Assembly: GCA_020724845.1 (NCBI GenBank)
Contig: DYGE01000001.1
Location: 122,664-186,663, forward strand
Direction of reading: 5' to 3'
DNA length: 64,000 bases
From: Candidatus Paceibacter sp.
GTDB lineage: Bacteria; Patescibacteriota; Minisyncoccia; UBA6257; 02-FULL-45-10c
Shown here: positions 19,543-28,430 of the stretch, piece by piece
Numbering within the stretch: position 1 is the stretch's first letter
Layout of the letters: each line of letters starts with the position of its first letter
Made by a program: the position numbers and the translations under genes
Notes under the pieces: model-generated
Told to the model about the DNA's origin: nothing
What the model saw: only the letters and a program-made list of their open reading frames with translations
Databases searched by the model: none

Positions 19543-19666
19543 GCTGTTCCTCAATGCGTGGAATGATGTACTGAGTTAAATAATATCCGAAATATCCAGC
19601 GGTGTCAATCTCTTGATTAGCTCCCCAACCCCTTCCCGCATTTTATACCGGAAGGTTCCGCTAATA

Positions 19667-21316
19667 TCACTCAACAGTAATGTTAATCTTGTCAGGATTT
19701 GTTGGCACGGTCTTTACCCAAAATGGCCATAGGGATATCGTCGCGCTTTCCAGGCCGGGCAAGGAAAAGACCGCGGTTTTTAGTTCTGTTTCTGATTTCC
19801 CTAAAATCCTGGACTGTAAATCATCAATATCAATGCGCTTTGCAAGGACCGCCTTGAAATCCACCGGGAAAGACAGGATGCCTTTTCCGAAATCAACCCT
19901 CGCCAGCCCGAACTCAATCTCCGAAGATCGGATGTCAAAATCTTCCCCATTGTCTCTTTTCGCTCTTAAAGCTAGCAGTTCCTGCAAGTCCTCTTCCTTG
20001 AAAGCCACCGCAGTCATTTTTGCTTCCGTAAAAATCCCAAATTCCCCATTCTCATCCGCCTCTTCATCAATTGCCTGCTCTAGCACCTCATACTCTGTTG
20101 CGCCATCAAGTACTTTGAACTCTTGGGGAATTTGAGTTAGCAAAGCGGCTTTTAGCCCACCCTCCAGCTCGTCCCCAGCTTTAGATCTTGCCTGGGCAAT
20201 ATCTTCGGAAGTCGGATAAGCAACTTCTCCAATAAAGCCTCCGGACATGTCGCCAGTAGATTCTCCATAAAAAGACTGATATTTGGGCGTTCCTTTAAAT
20301 CCGGGGATAGTAAATAGTTTCACCGGACCGATGTTAAATTCCGGCCCCGGCTCGTCGGCAATAACTTCCGCGTCAATGTTAGAAGGCACGATCTTACCTT
20401 CAATGATTTTGGCTCCCGGCACGGTTATGCCGTCAGCTAACCTATACATTTTTCCATCCGGACTTATAAAACGGGTTCGCTCAACCAATGGCTGCGGATC
20501 GGAACTGTAGCTGTTGTATACGGTAATTACGCCAGTCGCGTGCCGTTCAACTTGGCGCCTGCCAGTCGCGGGAAACTTGAGATGAAGATTCTTGCTTTCC
20601 GAAAAAATCTGGTTCGGAATACTCATGCTCCCGACATCTAAACCTATGCCGGTGTTGGTGTTGATGGAATCATTATAATTCCAATCCTTGGTCTGTGCCA
20701 CGATAGTAACCGCGGCCCGCGGCAAAACTACGGCTCCCGCCCAGCCGGCCAAAGCCAAAGCGGCGGCAACGATAAATATACTCAACCAGCGAGAGCTTGG
20801 CAAAGATAATTTAGGCATAGAAATTTTCGGCAAAGGCAATCGTCTTCCTTCCGTTGGCTTCTTTTCCTCCCCCTTTGACAGCTTGCCAAAAATAGTGAGC
20901 GGGCTCACCGGAGAGATAAATGGCTTTTCAGCTTCCGCTTCAATCGCCTTCGGCTCCTCCGCTTCTTCAACTTCCTCTTCCTGGAAAACTTTTGCTACCG
21001 GCTTTCTTTTCTTGGCCTTGCCTGCTTTTGGGGCGACTATGTCGGAAAACTGGCGCTTATTCTTAGTAAAGAATGGATTAACTGCTGACAGGCCGCTCAT
21101 TTCAGCTAATTCGATGACATGATCATCAACTGATTCAATAGAAATTTTTTTATCTAAGGCGTCGGCTTCCCGTTTCAAGAGGTGAAAATTACTCAAAGAC
21201 TCTCCTAGATGAGAAAACCTGGGTATGCTTAAAATAACCTCGTTATCAGGAGTATCGATAATTTTCTCAACGATGACCGCTACCTCATCGCTTTTGTTAA
21301 CTGAAATTTTCTTCAT
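19667..21316 (-). CDS. CPR conserved membrane-anchored protein (baseplate-J-like C-terminal region)
   Basis: Central TM; ATGVITVYN, ADEPGPEFNI, MSGG, SLWPFWV motifs typical of this CPR family. Confidence 0.75.
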   Translation of the reverse strand: MKKISVNKSDEVAVIVEKIIDTPDNEVILSIPRFSHLGESLSNFHLLKREADALDKKISIESVDDHVIELAEMSGLSAVNPFFTKNKRQFSDIVAPKAGKAKKRKPVAKVFQEEEVEEAEEPKAIEAEAEKPFISPVSPLTIFGKLSKGEEKKPTEGRRLPLPKISMPKLSLPSSRWLSIFIVAAALALAGWAGAVVLPRAAVTIVAQTKDWNYNDSINTNTGIGLDVGSMSIPNQIFSESKNLHLKFPATGRRQVERHATGVITVYNSYSSDPQPLVERTRFISPDGKMYRLADGITVPGAKIIEGKIVPSNIDAEVIADEPGPEFNIGPVKLFTIPGFKGTPKYQSFYGESTGDMSGGFIGEVAYPTSEDIAQARSKAGDELEGGLKAALLTQIPQEFKVLDGATEYEVLEQAIDEEADENGEFGIFTEAKMTAVAFKEEDLQELLALRAKRDNGEDFDIRSSEIEFGLARVDFGKGILSFPVDFKAVLAKRIDIDDLQSRILGKSETELKTAVFSLPGLESATISLWPFWVKTVPTNPDKINITVE

Positions 21317-21338
21317 TCTGTTAAAGATAGAAATCGTT

Positions 21339-22604
21339 TTATGTTACTAACCACCTCACTCTCCTGTTAGCCAAATGGCTCATCTTATCATTCTGCGGCA
21401 GGAAATTTATCTCGAAAAAAGCCGACAGCAAGGAGAACAGATTCCTTACCCTGACCGTTTTTTTCAATTGTACATCATATCCCAGCTTTTCAGTAATAAG
21501 ATTTGTGGATAAAGGAACTAGTTTCAATGATTTCTCAAAGCGGCTCTGAAATCTCCCGGAAAATACGATCGGGGGCATGGTAAAAAAGGAATTTACATAC
21601 ACCAAAGACACGCCGTCATTCGCGAGCGTCTCCAACCCGTTGGCGAATAATTGCAATTCCTTCACTAGGATATTTTCAAACCTTCTAAGAAATACCTGGG
21701 AAGCGTTATCCTCGGCATAATTTTGGATTATCTGCCTGGCGACCGGCGGATCAACTCGAAAATATCTGGCCAGCAAGTGGACTAAATCATTCTCCCCCCA
21801 GCCAAAATTGTCTAAATGAGCCAAGCGGCCATTTAAAGCGGAAAAAACAGAGGTTTGGTTTGGGAAAAGATTCGCCACTAAGAATTGGTTTTCCTCGAGA
21901 ACACGATTCAGCACATGGCTCATTGCCGTGCCCGATTCGGTTATAAGCGCTATATTGTCTTTCGGCAAAAGATCGCGTATTCCGCGCATCAACTCCCTAA
22001 TAATGAAAGTCTGGCTGAAAAATATTTCCACGGATTTCGCTTTGAAGCCGATTGGATTGACGATCTTGTGGCCGTCCAGCTTGATGCCGCGGATCCGGAC
22101 ATCGCTTAGCAGAACATCCACGTCATCAATATTCATTTTTCTGGCGACTCTCAATCGCTTGCGGTCAAAAAATCTCCAAATGGCCTGGGAAATCAAATTA
22201 TCAATATCCGCCTCATCAATAGTCTCTTTGCGATTCGGACGGACTAAAGAAACCGATGAATGGATCGTGGTGGCAAAGTCAGAATCTAGACTTAAAATAA
22301 TCTTATACCTCTCCAGCTTGCGGACTTTTTTCAGGCCCGCCTCCAGCTCGCGCAAAATTCCGGAGATGTTGAAATCCGCTACAGGAAGGATCCAATTTTT
22401 TTTGATATAAATTTTCCTGCGCTCCAAGCTAGCCTTTAAAACAGTTATTTGCACGTAATGATTCAGGACTTCTATGAGAAGGTAATTATCTCCGTATAAA
22501 AAGTGCAGAAGATGCTCCCTAGTCCGATTAAAACCCTTCTTCAAAGAAGAAAGAATGAGCGGAGTATTCTCCCTAATCGGATTTATGTAATTTAAGTCCA
22601 ACAC
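21339..22604 (-). CDS. Divergent FtsA/actin-like protein
   Basis: IKLDGHKIVNPIGFKAK resembles the FtsA 1C domain; normally paired with the downstream gene in CPR. Confidence 0.6.
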   Translation of the reverse strand: MLDLNYINPIRENTPLILSSLKKGFNRTREHLLHFLYGDNYLLIEVLNHYVQITVLKASLERRKIYIKKNWILPVADFNISGILRELEAGLKKVRKLERYKIILSLDSDFATTIHSSVSLVRPNRKETIDEADIDNLISQAIWRFFDRKRLRVARKMNIDDVDVLLSDVRIRGIKLDGHKIVNPIGFKAKSVEIFFSQTFIIRELMRGIRDLLPKDNIALITESGTAMSHVLNRVLEENQFLVANLFPNQTSVFSALNGRLAHLDNFGWGENDLVHLLARYFRVDPPVARQIIQNYAEDNASQVFLRRFENILVKELQLFANGLETLANDGVSLVYVNSFFTMPPIVFSGRFQSRFEKSLKLVPLSTNLITEKLGYDVQLKKTVRVRNLFSLLSAFFEINFLPQNDKMSHLANRRVRWLVT

Positions 22605-22649
22605 CCTTAATTATACCATAAAAACAAAATCGGCTCGCCTTGAGCCGAT

Positions 22650-23297
22650 TCAAACCTTGCGAGCCAGTATGGCGCGCGATAATTCGTCAAATTTAACGTC
22701 CGAGTTAGCTATTTGATACATAATCCCCTTGGTAGCATGCCAAAGCCCGAACAAATGCCCTTGTTCGTGGGCGGTAACCAAGGCCAGCTTCAAGCGATAA
22801 TCCAGGCGGCTAAAATCAGTTACTGGTAGCGCGTACCCGTTAATGGATTGCGCGTCATCGGTCCCCACAACCATCACTCCGTTGCCAGCGGCTTTACCCT
22901 TATGTATAGGCGCAAAGCCATTACCGGTGAGCATCAGGCCGCTCAAAAACAGACTGACGTTTGTCCTATCCTCGCCGCGAAGCAAGATCGCTTCTTCAAA
23001 CAAAATTAAATCCAGCTCCTTTTTGCAGACTTGATAGAAAAAAGATACTTTCGCGAGCGTTCTCAAGAAAAAAATCCACGCTTCCGCAAGGAAATCCCTT
23101 TTCCAATGCTTAACCTTGACGCGGTCAAGATCATATCTTAGCATCAGCCCGTTCTCAACTTGATATATGCGCATCACCTCTTCCAAAATATCTTTTGGAG
23201 TAACCTTGTGAGCATACAAATCTTCTCCCGCTTTCGCGTCCACATAAACAGTAACTGTCCTAAGCAGCCCCAAAGGACTGTAGTCGCTATCAGGCAA
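22650..23297 (-). CDS. Zinc metallopeptidase (metzincin)
   Basis: HEQGHLFGLWH (HExxHxxGxxH) plus Met-turn GIMY. Confidence 0.8.
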   Translation of the reverse strand: MPDSDYSPLGLLRTVTVYVDAKAGEDLYAHKVTPKDILEEVMRIYQVENGLMLRYDLDRVKVKHWKRDFLAEAWIFFLRTLAKVSFFYQVCKKELDLILFEEAILLRGEDRTNVSLFLSGLMLTGNGFAPIHKGKAAGNGVMVVGTDDAQSINGYALPVTDFSRLDYRLKLALVTAHEQGHLFGLWHATKGIMYQIANSDVKFDELSRAILARKV

Positions 23298-23408
23298 CTA
23301 TCCCCCGTATTTAGCTATAAAGAATCGTTATCTGTAAAATAACTCAATATCCAGAGCGAGTCAAAAGAAAAATAGTAAAAGCTCCGATTACTCGGAGCTT
23401 GTGTAAAG

Positions 23409-24485
23409 TTAAGAATCCTGCCCGCCGTCCACGACCTCGGCGTCCACGACATTCGTCTTGTCCACCTTTTCGTTTTTCGGCTTCACCTCTTCCACTATCA
23501 CTTCGCCTTCTTCCCGGTCTCCATCTCCATCCTGATCGGCGCCACCCTTGTCCTTGTTGGGGCCGGTCAGCTGCTTCATGTTATCCTTACGCTTCTGCTT
23601 GAACTCCAGCAGTTCCTTATCCAGCGTCTTTCTGCCCTGGTCCAGCAGCTGGAGCATTGCCCCGGAGGTGATGGAATACTTATCCACCAACTGCGCCGCC
23701 TTAACCGAATGGTTGATCGCCTCGAGAGAAGCAATGAACACTTCGCTCAAAACACCCCTAGCGGCGAACATGGCTTGGCTCGTCTTAGTGAGCTCGCGCG
23801 CGGTATCCCGCAAAGCGCTCATCTCGCGCTGCGCCTGGGTGAAGTCATGATATTGCTTCATGCCTTGCCGGAAAACAGTGAGGCCGGCAATCGCCGAACG
23901 CCTCAACGTTTCCAGAAGCGCGTTGCCAATCACGATATTGCCTTTAAGGTTGTTGAGGATATCCTGCTTCTGCTCTTCTCTTTCCTCTTCTGTCAGCGCT
24001 TCAAACTCCTCGTCAAGCAGCTGCACCACCTCATCAAAGATCTCAATTCCAGCTTTCTCCGCCATGTAATTCTGAAGCTCTTGAGCGCTCCAATTTTCCT
24101 TTTCAGCGCGCTTGATGTCCTCTTCCAATTGCTGAAGCTCTTCTTTCTTTTTGATCGTAACCTGCGCGATAGTACGCAACGCTTCCTGGGTATTGTTCAG
24201 ATTCCCTTCCATCTGAGACTCCATCATGTTCATGACATCCGTCTCTTCCATAATGTAACGAGAAACCCGAGCCGGGAGTGCGGGCATCCAACTCTTAGGA
24301 GTAACTTTGGCTAGGGCTTTTGCAAGGATACCCCTGCCGTTACCACCATCCAAATTCAGCGCCTCTTTGATATCATCATTGATGCCCTGAAGGTTAGTAC
24401 CGCTCTCTTGCAACTTCTTGACAGCGGACCGCAAATCCGCATCCGACTGGATCTTCTTCAGCTCCTTCTTTTGGTTCTCGGACAT
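23409..24485 (-). CDS. Long coiled-coil hypothetical protein
   Basis: AAGGAGG SD before MSENQ; heptad-rich, acidic tail; own TTGACG-17-TAATAT promoter. Confidence 0.8.
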   Translation of the reverse strand: MSENQKKELKKIQSDADLRSAVKKLQESGTNLQGINDDIKEALNLDGGNGRGILAKALAKVTPKSWMPALPARVSRYIMEETDVMNMMESQMEGNLNNTQEALRTIAQVTIKKKEELQQLEEDIKRAEKENWSAQELQNYMAEKAGIEIFDEVVQLLDEEFEALTEEEREEQKQDILNNLKGNIVIGNALLETLRRSAIAGLTVFRQGMKQYHDFTQAQREMSALRDTARELTKTSQAMFAARGVLSEVFIASLEAINHSVKAAQLVDKYSITSGAMLQLLDQGRKTLDKELLEFKQKRKDNMKQLTGPNKDKGGADQDGDGDREEGEVIVEEVKPKNEKVDKTNVVDAEVVDGGQDS

Positions 24486-24620
24486 CGTGCCTTCCTCCTT
24501 CTTCCTTTTACAGATTTTAACTTCTTGATGCTGGTCATATATTAGCATATTACTTAAAAGGCGTCAAGGACATTCAGGCCCAAAGAAAAACCACCCTGTG
24601 TCAGGGTGGCCCGATAAGAG

Positions 24621-24869
24621 TTATCGGAAGAAAGTGTTGCCGTTCCGCACCGCATACCAGATGTAAGCGAGTACGAGAACAACCGCTAAAGGAAGGGCAA
24701 ACGAGGAGAATAAGCCAATCACCAGAGCCAGCGCCCAGAATACTCCGTAAGCGCTGACTAAGAAGAGAATGGCCCGCATCAGCAAGCCGCCGGAGGATCC
24801 CTTCAGCAGGTACTTGAGAAGCGCCAAAACGAGCGGATTCAGTAAGAGCTTACGCAGGATCGGAGGCAT
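24621..24869 (-). CDS. Small hydrophobic membrane protein
   Basis: 82 aa with 2-3 TM; GGAGG SD inside the upstream gene. Confidence 0.7.
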   Translation of the reverse strand: MPPILRKLLLNPLVLALLKYLLKGSSGGLLMRAILFLVSAYGVFWALALVIGLFSSFALPLAVVLVLAYIWYAVRNGNTFFR

Positions 24870-25200
24870 TGCCCTCCGCGCCTCCTTTGTCGATCTTGGT
24901 CTCCTCAGCGGTCGTCTCGATCACCTGATCCGTCTGACCGACCTCTTTGACGTAGCCCTCCAAAGCCGCCCTGGCGCCGGCGACAACCGACTCCACGGCT
25001 TCGCTGTGGGTCTGGCCCACCTTGCGAAGCGGCTCGTAACGCCCGTAGAGCAGGCGCTTCAGCTGAAGGTTCGGATCCACCGAACGCTTCGCCGTCTCCA
25101 CCACTTCGGCGCCGGCTCGCTTCGCGAGACCGAGTATGTCCTGTCCGACTTTCAGCGCCGCCTGTCCGAGCGATTCCTTCCCGGGTCTTCCTCCCGTCAT
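24850..25200 (-). CDS. Hypothetical amphipathic helical protein
   Basis: GAGGTG SD; overlaps the next gene (operon). Confidence 0.7.
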   Translation of the reverse strand: MTGGRPGKESLGQAALKVGQDILGLAKRAGAEVVETAKRSVDPNLQLKRLLYGRYEPLRKVGQTHSEAVESVVAGARAALEGYVKEVGQTDQVIETTAEETKIDKGGAEGNASDPA

Positions 25201-25314
25201 ATTCTCACCTCTCCTTTGCAGTTTCCACTAGCTGTCAAACTATGCTGCTTTGCATATACTAACAAAAAAGCCATCTCCCGTCAAGAGCGAGAGATGGCTC
25301 GGTAATTTCCAGCG

Positions 25315-26130
25315 CTACCAACGCTTCCAATCAAAGACAGCCGCGGTTACTAAACTCTGAAGCTTCTCAAGTTCAAAATACTTGGTGCTCTCCTGAAAAA
25401 CTTGCTCAACCTCAACAGCGTTCCCGATCTTCAGCGCGCACTCGGCTGTTAAAACTATGACGCCATCATCAAGCAGACGACTCTCCCTTTTAACCTCAAA
25501 ATGGTGCTCCAGGAATTTCCTATCGCCTGATCGAATGGCGACCAATTGCTTGATGCGCAGCCGATCTTTTTCGTCAACTTTCAAAATAGTCTGCAGCATA
25601 ATCTTATAAGATACCGTACGGCTTTTAAAAGCGCCTAAAAATCCTCCTTCCCCGCAGCTGCAGGATATGGTCTCCTCCGATAAAACCGCCCACTCGGTGA
25701 AAGAATTAAGAAGAGCAGCCAACGTAGGATTGCTCACCCTTTTACCGGCGCTAATTTCTCTTGGCGCGGCTGGATTTTTCCAATCAAGATAACTCGCTAT
25801 ATCCGCTACCACAGATCCAGGCGAAGGCAGCTTAGTGGCCTTATCCCAGGCAATCTTACGATTAATTAAGTCGTCATTCAGATACCTAATCGTTTCTGCC
25901 TGCGCCTTGAGCGCTGCATAAAACATCACCAGAAGATAAGAAGTGCTTGCGTTCTCTTTGCAAAACCTCTTGATCTTCCCGCAAATCCGCTGCAGCCTCC
26001 GGATTGACTTATGGTAGTCAACGAAATCCCGGGGCAGATCTTTTTGAGCGAGCTTAACCTGATCTGGCGCCGCTTGGCCGTTTGTCGATTTCGGTATTCT
26101 CCCCTCTATATCTCCACCATAGTATACCAT
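25315..26130 (-). CDS. Hypothetical protein
   Basis: 271 aa, coupled to the upstream gene; terminator at 25264-25298. Confidence 0.7.
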   Translation of the reverse strand: MVYYGGDIEGRIPKSTNGQAAPDQVKLAQKDLPRDFVDYHKSIRRLQRICGKIKRFCKENASTSYLLVMFYAALKAQAETIRYLNDDLINRKIAWDKATKLPSPGSVVADIASYLDWKNPAAPREISAGKRVSNPTLAALLNSFTEWAVLSEETISCSCGEGGFLGAFKSRTVSYKIMLQTILKVDEKDRLRIKQLVAIRSGDRKFLEHHFEVKRESRLLDDGVIVLTAECALKIGNAVEVEQVFQESTKYFELEKLQSLVTAAVFDWKRW

Positions 26131-26132
26131 TC

Positions 26133-26738
26133 TTAACCCTCCGGATCCGATTCAGATTCAACAATCTTCTTTGGTTTGCGCGCGGTAAGTTCATGGCGCA
26201 GCTCCTTAAAAGGAAAAAACTCCTGGCCATCAAGCGAATGCGATTTTAGCAGTTCATGGCATCGGAAATACACGAGACTGTCAGCTTGGTAAATAATCGC
26301 AGTCAAAACAACTGTTGCGATGAATGTTCCCATGCCACCGAAAAACCAGAAGGCGGCATCTCCTAGAAAGAAGCCCATTTTCAGATACAAGGATACCAGA
26401 GAAATACTGACCAAGGGGTATGAAATCCTTTGAAGGATCGCCCAGGGCTTCGCTTTTTCAGCGAGAAAATCAGCTAATTCTCTCAACTGGCCCTCGTTGA
26501 AAGCCCGTAAATTCTTTCTGCGCACCCCCTCAAAGTGGCGCGCCGTTTCAATGAAAGCTTTCACGAATTTTTCCTTACGCTCGCGCAATTCTCCGCTCAT
26601 AACCTTTATTGCGGCTATCCTCCGCGTCCGTTCGTTGCCCTCTCTCACGCTTCGCAAAGTCTCCAACAACTGCTCGCGCTCCCTCTGCTTGACCAGATTG
26701 GCTTCCGGCCTTTGGACCATAGCTTGCTCGCCTGGCAT
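26133..26738 (-). CDS. Two-TM membrane protein, paralog of 27003-27659
   Basis: AGGAG SD; shared motifs FNxxQLxExAxxLAxK and LLKxH...FPxxxF/L. Confidence 0.75.
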   Translation of the reverse strand: MPGEQAMVQRPEANLVKQREREQLLETLRSVREGNERTRRIAAIKVMSGELRERKEKFVKAFIETARHFEGVRRKNLRAFNEGQLRELADFLAEKAKPWAILQRISYPLVSISLVSLYLKMGFFLGDAAFWFFGGMGTFIATVVLTAIIYQADSLVYFRCHELLKSHSLDGQEFFPFKELRHELTARKPKKIVESESDPEG

Positions 26739-26812
26739 ACTTCCTCCTTTTCACTTCTCAAGAAGATTACCTGACTGTTTCATATTATATAATAATAATT
26801 GTAAAAGGTCAA

Positions 26813-26945
26813 CCCCGCACCTTTCAAGGATTGCTTTTCAGAATAGACGCTGAAAAGAGGATAACGATTTATCTATAACAATCTTTAACTAAAATACCTT
26901 ACTGAATTCACGTATGGGTGAATTCTTATCCTTGAAAGGCGCGGG
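26813..26945. mobile_element. MITE-like element, family CCCCGCACCTTT, copy E (133 bp)
   Basis: cccgcacctttcaaggat/atccttgaaaggcgcggg TIR; TCAA direct repeat on both flanks. Confidence 0.8.
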
Positions 26946-27002
26946 TCAATAAAAAAGCCTCAAGGATTGTTATCCTTGAGGCGGCTGAAACAAAAGCGGT
27001 TA

Positions 27003-27659
27003 TTACTTCTTCGCTTCCTGACGATTCTGGTTCCACCCAAGACAAGCGGCAAATTTTTCCACTGGAAAGTAATTCTGCCCGTAATGCCTTTTCAGCAAAG
27101 AACGGAAATAAAAGAACCTTAGGCCAGTGATAACCGAATTCTTGCTGTAAAAGACGATTCTACCCGCGGATTTCAACAGGCCTCCGACAAATGAAAGAAG
27201 CTGTCCTTGTAGAATTTTTCTGCCCAAAACCAGGGGAAAAACAACCGCTATCACTAAAGATATCAATAACAAAGGAAGTAAGACCGGAGCTAAAATCAGA
27301 GAACCGATTCCTAAGATCGGAACATAAAGCCCCGTCTTCATAATAAACCACACAACCAGGAAGCCGGCGCCAAGTTCGAGCGGCGCCCAAACGGCCATGC
27401 TCCTCATTACCTTTCTGGCGAGCAGATTGGCTGTTTCTGACAGCTGTTCCTGATTAAATCCGGTTAAGTCGGTTATATGGCCAATGACTTTATGGGCTCT
27501 GGCCAGCTTAAGAAAATCTGCCATAAACTGATCCCTGGCCCCCGATAACTTCAGCTGCAACTCTCTCTGCTGTCTCTCGGAAGATTTGCTAGCCAGCTTA
27601 GAAATGGTTGCCTCGCGCGGAGTGGACTTGATCAGCTTGAATGATCGCTCTTCGTCCAT
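27003..27659 (-). CDS. Two-TM membrane protein, paralog of 26133-26738
   Basis: GGAGG SD; hydrophobic hairpin; shared motifs. Confidence 0.75.
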   Translation of the reverse strand: MDEERSFKLIKSTPREATISKLASKSSERQQRELQLKLSGARDQFMADFLKLARAHKVIGHITDLTGFNQEQLSETANLLARKVMRSMAVWAPLELGAGFLVVWFIMKTGLYVPILGIGSLILAPVLLPLLLISLVIAVVFPLVLGRKILQGQLLSFVGGLLKSAGRIVFYSKNSVITGLRFFYFRSLLKRHYGQNYFPVEKFAACLGWNQNRQEAKK

Positions 27660-27740
27660 CTTTTCCCTCCATATTCGGATTTTCCTGTACCGAGATACAT
27701 GATAACATATTTTTCTAAAAAAGCAAAATTTAAAAACGCC

Positions 27741-28358
27741 TCATTCTTGAGGCGCTAAATGAATTTCTTTTGCTTCCTTTATAACTTTTTCCAGCTCATC
27801 CGCCAGCTCCTCGCTGACACTCTTGACCATCCGCTTATTGGAACGCCAGCGATTTTGGATAATCTCTCTGTTTATCTCTATCACTTTCAAATGCGGCACT
27901 TTAACCTCTCTCAACTCTCCATCAATCCATTTCACAACCGTTTTAATGCCATCGGGCAATTTTACCGATAATACAGCTCTTAAACGCTCCTTATTTTTAC
28001 CTAATTTAGGCCGATATTCCATTTTAACGGAGACAAAGTGCGGCACATGCTCCGAATTCGGCACAGCCCGGTAATCAACTAAACTATGCTTGCGGCTCTT
28101 TAACTCTTCCTGCAGCGAATCAAGCAATTTCGCCGCTATTTTCTCTTGCTCCTTATACTTATCGGAAGACACCTCGTTTCCTTCCGCCCAGCGGACTATC
28201 CTTGAGTCTTTAACTTCTAAATTCTGGTAAACATCAACGTAACCCAAGACTATCATATAGCCGGCCGCTGGCGATACATTCATGGCCATCAAACTGAAAG
28301 ATAAAATCCCTGCCAGTATCGCTTTCTGGCGGCTTGCCATTTGCCTGCCTGCCTTCAA
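27741..28358 (-). CDS. Secreted hypothetical protein
   Basis: Signal-peptide-like ILAGILSFSLMAMNVSPAAG. Confidence 0.7.
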   Translation of the reverse strand: MKAGRQMASRQKAILAGILSFSLMAMNVSPAAGYMIVLGYVDVYQNLEVKDSRIVRWAEGNEVSSDKYKEQEKIAAKLLDSLQEELKSRKHSLVDYRAVPNSEHVPHFVSVKMEYRPKLGKNKERLRAVLSVKLPDGIKTVVKWIDGELREVKVPHLKVIEINREIIQNRWRSNKRMVKSVSEELADELEKVIKEAKEIHLAPQE

Positions 28359-28430
28359 ATTATTTTCAAGCTACAAAAAAAATTTTACAAAAAATCCAAG
28401 AAGATGGCAAATGAAGCTGCCGAGTAAATC

